Shown one piece after another: positions 39,900-54,325 of a stretch of 64,000 bases of DNA. The notes under the pieces are model-generated. The model made no database searches, was not told the origin of the DNA, and saw only the letters and a program-made list of their open reading frames with translations. The stretch is from Octopus vulgaris (Eukaryota). Location of the stretch: NCBI GenBank assembly GCA_951406725.2, contig OX597818.1, forward strand, positions 117,738,001 to 117,802,000, read 5' to 3'. Every line of letters starts with the position of its first letter. Position 1 is the stretch's first letter. The position numbers were made by a program, and so were the translations under genes.

Positions 39900-39942
39900 A
39901 CCGTAATCGATTTTCGATTCTTCTTGAATTCTCATCAGAGGC
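39900..39942 (-). ncRNA. Minimal hammerhead-like motif with canonical CUGAUGA core
   Basis: gccu-CUGAUGA-gaauuc(aagaa)gaauc-GAAA-aucgau-UA-cggu; palindromic stem III; stem I weak. Confidence 0.5.
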
Positions 39943-40019
39943 ATCTTCATCAGTTTCAGCATTTACAGAGAAGTAAGTAGCCAATCTCTCTCTCTCCCCC
40001 TCTCTCTCTCTCTCTCTCG

Positions 40020-40059
<40 letters not shown>

Positions 40060-40067
40060 TTTTTTCA

Positions 40068-40279
40068 AAATGTGACCTCGTGTGTACCGTTGGCGATTTT
40101 TTTCCTCTGTCTTCCCTTCTCTGGATCTTTCCTTCTCCTATGTTTCCGACGAAGAGCTCCGCCCGAAACGTTAAACCCCCCTTCTTTCCTTCTTTCCTGA
40201 GCGTCCAATAATACTATATTTGTTCCACGTCCTCGCGTTGTTGTGTTTTTCTTTTGTGCTTTCTTGTTTGGATTAACTT

Positions 40280-40280
<1 letters not shown>
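40068..40280 (+). mobile_element. Short HHR-motif element (CCGACGA core) between (TA)n tracts
   Basis: 40142-40176 reads guuu-CCGACGA-a-gagc(ucc)gccc-GAAA-cg-UU-aaac; its 3' end matches window positions 1-24. Confidence 0.65.
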
Positions 40281-40333
<53 letters not shown>

Positions 40334-40334
40334 T

Positions 40335-40790
40335 TTCGGTCAGTTCGATCGTTCATTTCAATTATAGTGTCAGGTTCATTTGAATTATTGTATTGCCTTA
40401 GGTACTCCACAAATACGTCTACCTAAATAAACATCCACAGAGAGGATGAGTGTGGGAGAATATACGACAGCTTGGGTGCATTGAATGACCATGAAGTCAG
40501 GAAGAGGGATACAATGAATGAAAGCGGGCCCTCTAAAATTTGGGTGGGAATTTGAAAGCTCTTGGCTCGGATTTGGGTTTGCACCCACAAAGTACATTTC
40601 GTTCTCGTACTTATGTGAACAACAGTTAAAAATCACCCAACAGGTCCCCAAAAATTTTAGGCCTTTTCAGTTTACTTCAGAAAGCATTCTTCAATCCCAG
40701 GATCTGTATAGTTAGGGACATCTGAGCAGAGCGGTAAAGCAGTGGTTGGAACCCAAATCTCATAGTTGCACAGCGAAATTCTCGACGTTC
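40335..40790. repeat. Unclassified ~440-bp interspersed repeat, copy 2
   Basis: Colinear with 35530-35965. Confidence 0.85.
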
Positions 40791-41049
40791 AACACACACA
40801 CGCACACACACATATATATATATATATTGATGCAAGGTCAGCCTATATCACGGTAAGAAACTCAAATGAGAGTAACTGTATCAAACTCACGCATTCACCA
40901 AAGGCAAAATTTGATTGGCCATTGAAACAGTGACAAAAATGGCGGTTTCCCGAAATTTGGAGTAATTGGCGCTCAAAAGCACAAAGTTTTAAAAAATGCG
41001 TGTACATGTGTGTGTGCTTGTGTGCTCGTGCATGTGTGTATGTGAGTAT

Positions 41050-41090
<41 letters not shown>

Positions 41091-41708
41091 CGTAAGTGTG
41101 CGGGGTGTATGTGAGTGTGTGCGTACACACATTCTTTTTTGTGTGCATATACACCGATGCTTTTGGGGGAATTGAAACATATGACATACATAATATCGCT
41201 AGTTAACAAAATTTGAATTTTTTCACTCAGTAAATTACGCACGTGCAACATCACCATTCCTTTGTTTAATAGGCTGAATGCATCCCCAAGGCATTTGTAT
41301 TGCCAAATGAATTATAATTATGCTGGTAATGGAAATGCAATTATCAATATCCACGTTACTCCTGTGTTTATGTTCGTTGCGGCAAAATAATGCACACATG
41401 AATGGAACCAGTAGTAACGTGGACATTCCTGAAATGCTTGGGGATAAAGGTACCTCACCATGTAACCTATACGCACTCAAACACAGACCACACACATATA
41501 CGCAGACATATATGCATATGCACACTTGTATACACATTTATGCATATGTACATACACACACATATCTATACATATATATATACAGATATGTAATAGATAG
41601 ATGTATATACATACATATATAAGGGTATAGTTATATACATAGGCATATATGTATGCATATACATACATATGTAAGGGTATAGTTATATACATAGGCATAT
41701 ATGTATGC

Positions 41709-41739
<31 letters not shown>

Positions 41740-41901
41740 TACATATATGTATGCATATATATATGTATATATAAATATATATATACATACATATATATAC
41801 GCATACATACATACATACATATATATATATATATACATATGCGTGTGTATGTGTATATATATATGTATATATATATATAAATAGATGGATAAATAGATAG
41901 G

Positions 41902-41961
<60 letters not shown>

Positions 41962-42221
41962 CAGACAGGGGTAGAGATAGAGTGAGATATATAGAAAGAT
42001 AGAGAGAGGAAGAAAGAGAGGGAAAACGATATGAGTCGGTATGTGTGAGTAAGCGAATGTGTTTGGTTATTAATCCTGCTATGTTTGCACTTGTGCTAAT
42101 ACGAAGTCAATTACCCTCTTTATACATCTGTTTACACACACTTCATCATGACCTTACACCCTTCCACACAAACACACACACACATCTACACCACATACAC
42201 ACGTTATATATATATATATAT

Positions 42222-42260
<39 letters not shown>

Positions 42261-42492
42261 TACACGGAAAGTACAACGCCAGACTTATATAAACTTTTAT
42301 ATTCTCTCAAGCCGTGTCCCGTAACAAACAATAAACGCACGTTGAAGTACACAGATTCCCGAAATACAAGGAGATATTTACACATGTGTAAACACAAATA
42401 CTACACTTTTCATGTTGAAAGCACGAAGATGCCGAGATATGAACGACGATATGCTGGTAGACACGCATGTGTGCATCTTTATTAACGTGCAT

Positions 42493-42546
<54 letters not shown>

Positions 42547-42704
42547 ATCTACGTATATGTTTTCAGTTTCAAGTATATATAATAGGAAGTAAAAATAAAG
42601 TAACTGTACAAATAGGTATAAATATGAGGTTATATGTGTAACAATGTATCTCTCTCTCTATATATATATGTATATGTGTGTGTGTGTGTGTGTGCGTATG
42701 TATC

Positions 42705-42744
<40 letters not shown>

Positions 42745-42959
42745 TGCATGTATTTATGCGTGCATCGATGTGCATGTGTAAGCAAATATGTGGGTATGTT
42801 TCTATATATTTATTTATGCACATAATATATCGTGCGTGTTCTGAAAATATATAAAGTGTGTGTGTGCGTGTGTGTGTGTGTGAGAGAGAGAGAGAGGGAG
42901 AGAGAGAGAAACATACATATATACACATATGCATACATAAATATATAATACGTACATAT

Positions 42960-43013
<54 letters not shown>

Positions 43014-43985
43014 GTATACATATATGCATGATATATATAAATATAGCATGCATATATTACATATGTATATGCACATGTACCTCTGAAGGTATGCATTAAT
43101 GTGTGTATATATATACATATATATATATACATACACATACATATATATATATATATATGCATGTGTGTGTGTGCATGTGTATGTGTGTGTATATTCATGT
43201 ATGTACGAATACACATGCTTCCACACACACACACACATACCCATGCGTGCATATGCACACACATGTTCAGAGTTATACATATTACAAAAAAAAAATTAAA
43301 AATTAAAAAGTTACGAATCTGTTGCAATTCTGACAGAATACTTATTATTCCGAATATAATATTTAAAAAAGCAATTAGAAACAGCAAACAAGAAGAAGAA
43401 AAAGAACAACAACAACAACAAAGAACAACAACAAAAGCAACAACAAAACTCCCTAACGCGAACCATAAACAACAATAAACAAAACAAACAATAAACAAAA
43501 TAATAATAATCTGAAATATAACAAGCATATATCACTGATAATGGGTGATATACACTCTAACAAATGGTCAGTTGAATTTAGTGTATTTTTAAAGGCATAG
43601 ATATTGACATTATTATTAATCGACGTACCAGAATTTATAGTCTGACCTTCATTGAAACGCGTAGAAGCATGCCAGCGTCATTTTAACAAAGTCCATCATC
43701 GTACGTTATTCTTATTCCAACGAACGTTGCTGTTTGTTACTTTATGAAGACTTTTTAGCTTCACTTCTTTTTCTTCTTCTTCTTCTTCTTCTTCTTCTTC
43801 TTCTTCTTCTTCTTCTTCTTCTTCTTCTTCTTCTTCTTCTTCTATTTCTTCTTCTTCTTCTTCGACGTCGTCGTCGTCGTCGTCGTCGTTGTCATCGCCG
43901 TCACCCTCAACGTCTCCTTCTTTTCCTACTTTCTTTCTCTATTTTTTTTTCCTTCCGCTTCTAGGACATATTTTTCTGACTTTTC

Positions 43986-44041
<56 letters not shown>

Positions 44042-44374
44042 CATTCTTCTTATTATTTTTTTTTCTGGGACGTCCTCTTTCTTTCATCCTTTCTTTCTTT
44101 CCTTCTTGCTTTCTTTACTTTCTTTCTTTCTTTGTTTATTTTCTTATCTTTTCTCTTGCTAAGTTTTGTACCTTTTTTCTTTACTTCATCATCATCATCA
44201 TCATCATAATCGTCGCATTCGTAACGTTGTCATTGTCATCATCATCATCATCGCTGTCGTCGTCACGATTTCTTCTTATTTTTGTTACACTTTACTTTTT
44301 CTTTCTTGCTGTTCTTCTATGTATGCATGCATGCATGTATGCATGCATTTCTATATGCATGTATGTATGTATCC

Positions 44375-44447
<73 letters not shown>

Positions 44448-44518
44448 CTTACCTACCTATCTATCTATCTATCTATCTGTCTGCCTATATATCAACCTAC
44501 CTACTTACATACCTACCC

Positions 44519-44594
<76 letters not shown>

Positions 44595-44752
44595 GTCTCT
44601 CTGTCTATCTGTCTGTCTTATCTATCTATCTGTTTATCTATCTCCCTTCCTTTCTTTTCTCTTCGTCACTTTTCCTCCTTTACACTTTTAAAGTTTTGAT
44701 TTTTTTAAAATTCTTGTCTATGCTGAAAAATTATTATCTTTATCATTATCAA

Positions 44753-44822
<70 letters not shown>

Positions 44823-44943
44823 ATTATTATTATTATTACTACTACTATTATTATTATTGGTATTATTACTATTATTATCTTTAGTAGTAGTAGTTGTAGC
44901 AGTGGTAGCCCTGTTGTGGTTGTTAAAGCTCTTATCATTATTA

Positions 44944-45008
<65 letters not shown>

Positions 45009-45343
45009 TCGCTCCATGTTCTCCATCTCAATATTGTATATATGTGTATATATTTTCATATACACACACACTTTCGCACATTCATGAACGCATACATATA
45101 AATATACACAAACCCACAATCGCATAACACATACACATATATATACATAGCTATAATTATACAAGCATACACACACATATATATATTTATATATAACTTT
45201 ATATTTATATATACATACACACACATATGTATATATATTTATATATGTATATACATTGGTACATGTGTTTACACATCTGCACATACTCGCAACATACATA
45301 CATGTATACAAAGTTCATACCTACATACGTAAACACACAACAT

Positions 45344-45394
<51 letters not shown>

Positions 45395-45402
45395 CATAAA
45401 CG

Positions 45403-45433
<31 letters not shown>

Positions 45434-46054
45434 GCATGTAGACGCTCATATATACATACTTACGATTGCATCGCAGCAGAACCTCCTTTAACTACACAAA
45501 CCGCCTGCTCGCCAGCTTTCTCCTACGACTTCCCCCTTCATAAAATCTCTCTGTGCATATATCTATCTGTCTACCTATCTATCTCTATCTCTATCACCTA
45601 CCATTGCATTGCCATCACCGGCACCACCAGCACCATAACCATGGCCGACACATAAGTTTTAAGATATAAACTTCCAACACACACAGACACACACAACAAA
45701 ACCAGAAAACTTCCAGCTTCCTCTTGTTTGCACCGCCATCACAATTCACCACCACCACAACCGCTACCGCGAAAACACGCCCATCCATACCACCACCACC
45801 ACCACCACCACCACCACCACCACCACCACCACCACCACCACCTTCCGTCTGCACCAACGTTGCTTAGCTGTATATCACTTTCTCATATCTCTCCTCTCAC
45901 TACACCTCACTGCTCATTATCTTCAATTATTTCCTTCTCTTCCGCTCTTCCTCACCTCCTCTCGCTCACAAACACACACATATATAACCACATATATATA
46001 CATACAGAAATACATCTGCACAGATACACAAACACATACATACATCTATACACC

Positions 46055-46085
<31 letters not shown>

Positions 46086-46316
46086 TTACGCTCGGAATTT
46101 CTCTATATATGTTGATTTTTCTGTATTTTTTTCTAGCGTATTTGAGTTTTATACTTCCTTTCCTTGTCACTAAAGTTCTCCATTTCTTTCTCCGTGATTA
46201 TCTGCGCATGCATACATACATACATACATACACACATACATGCATACATACATATATATATATATATGTATGTATGTATATATGTATGTATATGTATATA
46301 TATGTATGTATGTATG

Positions 46317-46356
<40 letters not shown>

Positions 46357-46384
46357 CACATGTTCACGCACACATATATATATA

Positions 46385-46605
46385 TATTTCTCTATTGCCC
46401 ACAAGGGGCTAAACATAAAGGGGACAAACAAGGACAGACAAAGGGATTAAGTCGATTACATCGACTCCAGTGCGTAACTGGTACTTATTTAATCGACCCC
46501 GAAAGGAAAGGATGAAAGGCAAAGTCGACCTCAGCGGAATTTGAACTCAGAACGTAACATCAGAGACGAAATACTGCCAAGCGTGCAAACGATTCTACCA
46601 GTTCG

Positions 46606-46609
<4 letters not shown>
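46385..46609 (-). mobile_element. SINE family D
   Basis: gtcgattacatcgac...ggatgaaaggcaaagtcgacctc..cggaatttgaactcaga (B box on the minus strand). Confidence 0.8.
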
Positions 46610-46669
<60 letters not shown>

Positions 46670-46683
46670 AGGTATATGCGTAC

Positions 46684-46753
<70 letters not shown>

Positions 46754-47398
46754 ATATGTATATATATATGGAATTATATGCGTACATGTACGTACGTGCA
46801 TGTCTCTTCTTTACTTATGCATCACGTTTGTACGTCTGTAAATATATTTATATTTGTAGTTATCAATGCAGAAATATTTTCAATTTCTTAGTACTGTTGT
46901 CTAGTCATATTTTCAGTCTTACTCCTCCAACAGCTGTTAACACGTATGTCATAGCGAGAATACACACACACACACACACACACATACACACGCACGCACA
47001 CAGAGTCTGTCTTTCTCTCTCCTCCTCTCTCTCTCTCTCTCTCTTATCATACACAAACACATGCACTCACACACATACACACAGAGACACACACACCGTA
47101 ATACAGTAAATGTACAGATATACATCCATATACACACACACCAGAAAAACAAACGGTAAGACATGCAAACGCACACATACACTGAGATAGAGAAAGAGAG
47201 AGAGAGAGAGAGACGATGAGAGAGAGAGAGAGAGAGAGAGGGAGGGAGAGAAAGGAAGCTGGTGAATGGGTAGGAGGATGAAGTGACGGAGACAGAAGCA
47301 ATGAAAGTCCCAACAAATTATGTGGAGAGATAAATATTATAGAGAAGCTCACGCACATATATATATATATATGTACATATATACATATACACGTATCC

Positions 47399-47443
<45 letters not shown>

Positions 47444-47470
47444 TATATATACATATATACACACGCATCC

Positions 47471-47501
<31 letters not shown>

Positions 47502-47599
47502 CACGCATCCATATATATATATATGTACATATATATATACATATATACATATATATATATACATGCATCCTTATATATATATATATATTCTTTTCTTTT

Positions 47600-47995
47600 T
47601 TTCTGTTACTTGCTTCAGTCATTTGACTGCGGCCATGCTGGAGCACCGCCTTTAGTCGAGCAAATCGACCCCGGGACTTATTCTTTTTAAGCCCAGTACT
47701 TATTCTATCCGTCCCTTTTGCCGAACCGCTAAGTGACGGGGACGTAAACACACCAGCATCGGTTGTCAAGAAATGCTAGGGGGACAAACACAGACATACA
47801 CACACACACATATATATATATACATATATACGACGGGCTTCTTTCAGTTTCCGTCTACCAAATCCACTCACAAGGCATTGGTCGGCCCGGGGCTCTAGTA
47901 GAAGACACTTGCCCAAGATGCCACGCAGTGGGCCTGAACCCGGAACCATGTGGTTGGTTAACAAGCTACTTACCACACAGCCACTCCTGCGCCTA
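47600..47995 (-). mobile_element. SINE family A, full length, young
   Basis: Close match to 60820-61233. Confidence 0.92.
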
Positions 47996-48074
47996 TATAT
48001 GTACATATATATATACATATATACATATACATATATATATACATGCATCCATATACATATATATATACATGCAT

Positions 48075-48110
<36 letters not shown>

Positions 48111-48203
48111 GCATCCATATATATATAAATATATATATATAATTATGTACATATATAGATATACATATATATATACACGCATCCATATATATATATATGT
48201 ACT

Positions 48204-48235
<32 letters not shown>

Positions 48236-49632
48236 CACGCATCCATGTATGTGTTTATAATTTCTATTAATGACTGTTTCCCCCTCCCTTTGTTGACATC
48301 TTCCTTACTACTCTTGTCTCTTACTCTTACTCTCCCCTAATTCCTTTCCACCCCACCCTCCCCACTCAGGCTTTCTCTCTGTCTGTATCTCTCCTCCTTC
48401 TCTCCCCCCCTCCCCCCTCTCTCTCTCCTACAGATCTACACACGCGCAGACAGTCTCTCCTACCGCTTTCTTCCTCCCTCTATCGCTAATTCTATTCTGT
48501 CCTCCACCCACCCCCATTTCGTCTGGCCTCCACACACACACACACACACACACACACCTACACCACCTACAACTACACATACCCACATATTGTGTAACAC
48601 AGAGCCACCCTTAAGTACTCGTACCCTCCCTCGCCATTCAGTTTGTCTCCAGAAGTCGCGCGCGCTAACATTCACGAATACACTCACTCGTAAATACATA
48701 CACAAATACAAACACACACACACAAACACACACACACACACACACAAGCACACACACACTCACGTACACATACAGAAGCAAACTCACATACGCTCTCAAA
48801 AGTCACAGACTAGTCTCAAGATACACATCCCAAAACTTGATTTCGTAAGAACCACATGTGAGCGGTCGTTATATTCAAACAGCATTTTCCTTGCAGGAAA
48901 GATCTTTCGTGTTCGTGTGCGCGCTTGTTTGTGTTTTGTTTTGCTTCGTTTCGTTTTTTTCTTTAAAAAAAAAAAAAATTGCTCTTCCTCCTTATATTTT
49001 GTTCATTGTTGAAGTTTTGGTATTGTACTTTTAAAAAGCTGTATTTCTTTTCTTAACTCGCAGTAATATTGTTGTTCCAGTTACTGCTGTTATCTTTATC
49101 AATGTTTTGTTTTGCTGTCTGTAGTTACATCCCTTCCCAGACTTAGTGGAAATCCAGACACTTTTAACTTCATCTTTCGTCTTTACTGTGGCGATACAAT
49201 AAGCAACGTACAAGCAGTGAGATGTTTAAATATCAAATATAACTCATAATTTTAGACTGGTGTCTGTTTCAGATACTTATATTTTTTTTTGCTGTGCCCC
49301 TCCTCATAAAGAGGAAGACAGCCCTCACATGTTCGGCGATATCTATTGCTATATATGCAGGCATCGTACACCATGTTGACAAAATGAAGTAGCTTCTCGA
49401 CTGAATGTTATGTTGACAACAGGTCCCAGTGTTGGTCCACGGATATGCTCTCTTTGCGCATTATCTTATATTCAGCTGCTGGAAAAGTGTCTGCTTATTG
49501 GATGAGGCACATCCCCAGCCATATCCTCTTCAGCATTACTACTCCAAGATTTCAACTCAGAACTCATTGATCCTGAATTATACCATTCCCGAATGACTGT
49601 CACTTTGACACTGCTTGCCTATATAAGGACTA

Positions 49633-49700
<68 letters not shown>

Positions 49701-49739
49701 ACACATACACACACACATACATACACACATAGAAATTGC

Positions 49740-50335
49740 AAAACTCTACTGCAACGTATCATCAAATAAAAGGATGAGTCTCTATGAGCAGAAGAATATG
49801 CATGGATATGTTAGTAGAAAGCTCCGTGATGATTAACATCGATCATCAAAGCAATTTATCAATAGCCAGATTACTACCTTCCACTTTAAAGGGTATGCAT
49901 TTGCAATCCAGGAACAGAAAATATCAACCAAGTACCTGATGCACAAAAGGGATAGAGATGCCGTAAAATGCGACAACCGATGCAGACTTTGTGGAGTTCA
50001 CACTGAAGATATCACCCACATCATAAGCAATTGTCCGAAAATTCCATCACGGTATTCTCTACCGATGAGACATGACGTTGTAGCTAGGACAATCTATAAT
50101 GAAATCCGTTGGAAGGATAATCCCGAGGACAAAGAAATAAAAATCCACAATATGGTAGAAGCCATAGCCACTCCTAATGAAAAGGAATATTAGTGGAATA
50201 TACCAGTGAAGACCTCAATAAAATGTAAGTACAACAAGCCCGATATAATGATTTGGGATGGAGAATAAACTGGGCACAGTTGTAGAAATTAGCTGCCCAG
50301 TGGATGTTAACATAAACCTGAAGATCAGTGACGAA
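49740..50335 (+). mobile_element. R4/Dong-like non-LTR retrotransposon C-terminal fragment (CCHC knuckle plus restriction-like endonuclease)
   Basis: KNMHGYV, GYAFAIQEQKISTKYL, CRLCGVHTEDITHIISNC, RHDVVA, KPDIMIWD, VVEISCP; stops and frameshifts; directly follows a (CA)n tract. Confidence 0.85.
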
Positions 50336-50451
50336 GTGTACAAGTATCTTGAAGTATCTTGTGATTAATGATAATGTTGCATGCTTTGATGAAGTTAATA
50401 CATAAATTTTGCAAGTCACAGATGGCCATATTCAAAAGGAGTTATAACCTT

Positions 50452-50780
50452 GTGGAGGTGCGTGGCTTAGTGGTTAGAGCATTCGGCTCATACTGATAAA
50501 GTTGTGAGGTCAAATCTCGACGACGCATTGTGTCCTTGATCAAGACATTTTTATTTCACGTTGCTCCAGTCTACTCACCTGGCACAAATGAGTTGTACCT
50601 GTATTTCAAAAGGACCAGACTTGTCACATTCTGTGTCTCGCTGAAGTCCCCAGTGAACTCCGTTAAGTGTGCGTGTGTCTGTGGAGTGCTCAGCCGCTCG
50701 CATGTTAATTTCACGAGCAAGCAGTTCCGTTGATCGGATCAACTGGAACCTTCGTCGTCGTAACCGACGGAGCGCCAGTT
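50452..50780 (+). mobile_element. SINE family C (CORE-like)
   Basis: gtggaggtgcgtggcttagtggttagagc head; gtgtccttgatcaagaca; homologous to 20463-20790. Confidence 0.85.
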
Positions 50781-51634
50781 ACAACCTGTAATGTTTTTGC
50801 AGTAACAGTGCTAGCAACAGCACTTGCGATGCTTGGAATTCCTTAAATGGATCCGCAGTTTGGATGTGAAAACTAAGAATGTACAAACCCCAACTTCTGT
50901 CTTACGCATCAATAGTGACATGACACAGTCAGGATTGAAAGCGATCGACCTTTCAGCACCGCATCATATCATTCAGATGAAACTCTGTAGTAGGGTAAAG
51001 GAAAACATATAGAACTGGCGAGTAACACATAAAATAGCTCATCGAGCTTACACCTGCCCTATGTGACGCAAGAATACCTGGTCTTACATTCTTAAATAGA
51101 AGCTTAGAGAATAAACATTCACCGCATCAGCAGAATATTATGCATATAAAGATATCTGCAAGCTAGAGAATAACAATAACATTAATAAGAAGCATAGGAT
51201 TCCTAGACGTTGATGTACATTCATGCATACTTTAGTTGGCACAGGCATCCATGCATACATTAGTCGGCACAAGCATTGGTGCATATATAAGTCGGCATTC
51301 ATACATAAAAGGAATAAATATATCAATTATAATATTTCTTTCTTGGGCTCGATAAAATATGGAACGGTAAGTGCTGGCATCGAATAAATCTAATACAAGT
51401 TTTCCTCAAAGTATATGGTTTTGTAATTGAGCTACATATATAATTATTCAGAGTTTGATTTATACGGGGAGCAAAGAAACGTATTTTTAAAAATGTTCCT
51501 GTAATAATGTAGCTTTACTGTTAGAGTTATAAGGAAAGTTCTTTCACTCTTAAACCTGCTCAAAGTTACTTTGCTATGAAAAGAACATGTAGTTTTCCCC
51601 CACGTTATATATAATTAAAATATTTCAAATTTTT

Positions 51635-52109
51635 ACCACAGGTGAAGCTTGGGGGAGGTGGGGTCGAGTCAATTACATTAACTTCAGTGTTCAATAAAAT
51701 ATAATAAATGCGCCCTTTTAAAGCCTAGCCAGGCTCATGGGCCCAGTTTCCCGGTTTGTATGACGTACATGTTCCCCAGCTGGACGGGACGCCTATCCAT
51801 CGCAGCGTTACTCATTTTTGCCAGCTGAGTGGACTGGAGCAACGTGAAATGAGGTGCTTTGCTCAAGAACACAACGCATCGCCCAGTCCAGGAATCGAAA
51901 CCACAATCTTACGATCATGGTGCTGAGGCCCTAATCACTACGCCACGCGCCTCCACCTCCGTGTTCAACTGGTACTTAATTTACAGACTCCGTAAGGATG
52001 AAAAGCAAAGTTAACGTCGGCGGAATTAGAATTCATAACGTAGCAACGGGCGAAATGCCACTAAACATCTCACCCAGCGTGCTAACGGGTTTGACAGCTC
52101 GTCGCTTTA
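51635..52109 (-). mobile_element. SINE family D interrupted by an OR-type SINE
   Basis: Halves at 51635-51694 and 51957-52109. Confidence 0.75.
51695..51956 (-). mobile_element. tRNA-derived CORE-like SINE (OR-type tail) with target-site duplication
   Basis: Head gtggaggcgcgtggcgtagtg; TSD cttcagtgttcaa (51682-51694) / ctccgtgttcaa (51957-51968). Confidence 0.85.
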
Positions 52110-52124
52110 ATATTCATTGATATA

Positions 52125-52649
52125 ATTCTTTCTACTATAGCCACAAGGCCTGACATTCTACGGAGGGGCTAGTTGATTACATCGACCTCAGTACTCAACT
52201 GCTACTTATTATACTGATCCCAAAAGGATGAAAGGCAAAGTCGACCTCGGTGGAATTTGAACTGAGAACATAGCAACTGGCGAAATTGCTGTTGTTGTTT
52301 GTTCCTTCTGGAGCCACGCCTGGCTCATAATGAGCCGGTTTCCCGGTTTCCTTGGCGTATAGGTTCCCCACCTGGACGGGACGCCGGTCCGTCTCAAGTG
52401 AGCTGCAAGATGCAGGAGGAAAGAGTGAGAGAAATTTGTGGCGAAAGACTCAGCAGAAGTTCACCATTACCTTCTGCAGATGCCACGTGGAGCTTAGGTG
52501 TTTCGCTCATAAACACACACATCGCCTGGTCTGAGAGTCGAACCCGCGACCCAGCTGCTCTAACCACTAGGCTATGTTCGTCCACAACGGGTGAAATACT
52601 GCTCAGCATTTCGTCTAACGTGCTAACGAGTCTGCCAGCTCGCCGCCTT
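52125..52649 (-). mobile_element. SINE family D interrupted by a family B SINE
   Basis: Halves at 52125-52289 and 52587-52649. Confidence 0.78.
52290..52586 (-). mobile_element. SINE family B
   Basis: Reverse-complement homology to 25432-25723; degenerate TSD aactggcgaaat / aacgggtgaaat. Confidence 0.85.
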
Positions 52650-52909
52650 AATATTAATTAATATTATGCTATGTAAATTACATAGATATTTTTCTAAATT
52701 CGGTACGAGGCCCAAAATTTTCAGTTGGAATATATTGGTTACATAAGCCGAAGAATTCAACTAGAATCTATTTTATCGACCCTGAAAGAATGTAAGGCAA
52801 AATCGGTTCAACGGACTTGAAGTCAGAACGAGGCAGTAACTATTCTGCCAACTCCTCACCTTTTGTAAACTACATATGAAGAATAAATTGAATCATAACA
52901 GTAAATTGA

Positions 52910-53061
52910 AGGCGCGGGCGTGGCTGCGTGGTAAGAAGCTTGCTTCTCAACCGCGTGGTTCCGTGCCACCTTCAGCAAGTGTATTCTGCTATAGTCCCGA
53001 GCCGACCAAAAACCTTGCGAGTGGATTTGGTAGAAGGAAACTGAAAGAAGCTCGTCATATG

Positions 53062-53113
<52 letters not shown>

Positions 53114-53333
53114 TATATGTTTGTGTGTCTGTGTTTGTCTTCGAAACATCACTTGACAATCGACGCTGGTGTGTTTACGTCCCAGTAACTTAGCGCTTTG
53201 GCAAAAAAGTCCGATACAATAAGTACTAAGCTTACAAAGAATAAGTCCTGGTGTCGATTTGCTCGACTAAAGGCGGTACTCCAGCATGGCTGCAGCCAAG
53301 TGACTGAAACAATTAAAATAGAGTAAAAGAGAG
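52910..53333 (+). mobile_element. SINE family A
   Basis: Homology to the other copies, with a small head deletion. Confidence 0.88.
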
Positions 53334-54000
53334 TATATATATATATATTAATATAAGCATATAATGTTACAGCTATCGAAAAATATATATTAGCTTACTA
53401 TTCATACCAAAAAATGTTTTGAATTTAAAGCATCGCATTACTATTTGTTGCTCTAGATACTTACTTGTCTATCGATTTCATAGCTAGTACCTAGAAGTGT
53501 CGCCATTTTGATGAGATAAAAAGGGGTTCACCTTAATTAGCTGAACAGCCTATTTTCTATAAATGAGGGTGAGATTGAATATCTGATTGAGCTGAATAGA
53601 CCTATATAAAAGTATGACTAGATCGGAGCGCAGAATTGAGAAAAAGACACATGCCCTTGAGCTAATTCAATTTTTTCCCTGTCTGTTTCTAAATTGGTTT
53701 GAAACTCCCACTGTTTTGCAACTCGTAAATATTATGCTCCACATCCTCCACTCTTATCGCAATACTGGTGTAATTATTAAAGAGTAAGGCAAAATACACC
53801 GCGGTGTTTCCGGCTTTTTTACGTTTTGAGTACAAAACAGCGTGGAGGGCATCTTTGTTCTCCATGCTTTAAATTTCGAAACGAACTGTGCAATAATAAC
53901 GTAGTAGCATCGATGGTATCGTGGTTACACATTCCCCTCCTCACCCCTAAAATTGCTGGCCTTATGACTGAATTATAAACATTTATCGACGGTGGGGGTG

Positions 54001-54325
54001 GGGGAAATTTATTACCAGAATTATTACAGTGTTTGTAAAAAGCTTGGTGGTAACTCTTGCGATATTTTACATTCTGACTAGAAATTTTTCCGTTGTCAGC
54101 CTTGATTATCATCCTTCCTGGTCGGTAAAATAAAACTCCAAGCATATAGGGGTTGGGGGAAATTTATTGGCGGAATTATTACAGTGTTTGTAAAAAGCTT
54201 GGTGGTAGCTCTTGCGATTTTTTACATTCTGACTTGGAATTCTTCCGTAGTCAGCCTTAATTATCACCTTCCTGGTCGGTAAAATAAAACTCCAGGCGAA
54301 TAGGGACTGGGGGAAATTTATTGGC
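54001..54325 (+). repeat. ~155-bp tandem duplication of a decayed family D SINE segment
   Basis: ggggaaatttatt at 54001, 54156 and 54310; units contain ccttcctggtcggtaaaataaaactcca. Confidence 0.8.

Larger units (their letters stand above)
41480..48250. repeat. Microsatellite-dense block (TA, TATG, GATA, CTT, CGT, TAT, TATC, CAC, GA)
   Basis: Directly visible compound simple repeats with short unique spacers and two SINEs. Confidence 0.92.

Noticed and set aside
48560-49260. Possible host promoter or 5' UTR (TCAGTT initiator-like motif, CG-richer patch)
   Set aside because: Short motifs only; no downstream exon or ORF support.
53498-53798. Solo LTR (TG...CA, TATATAAAA, ATTAAA)
   Set aside because: No target-site duplication or second copy.
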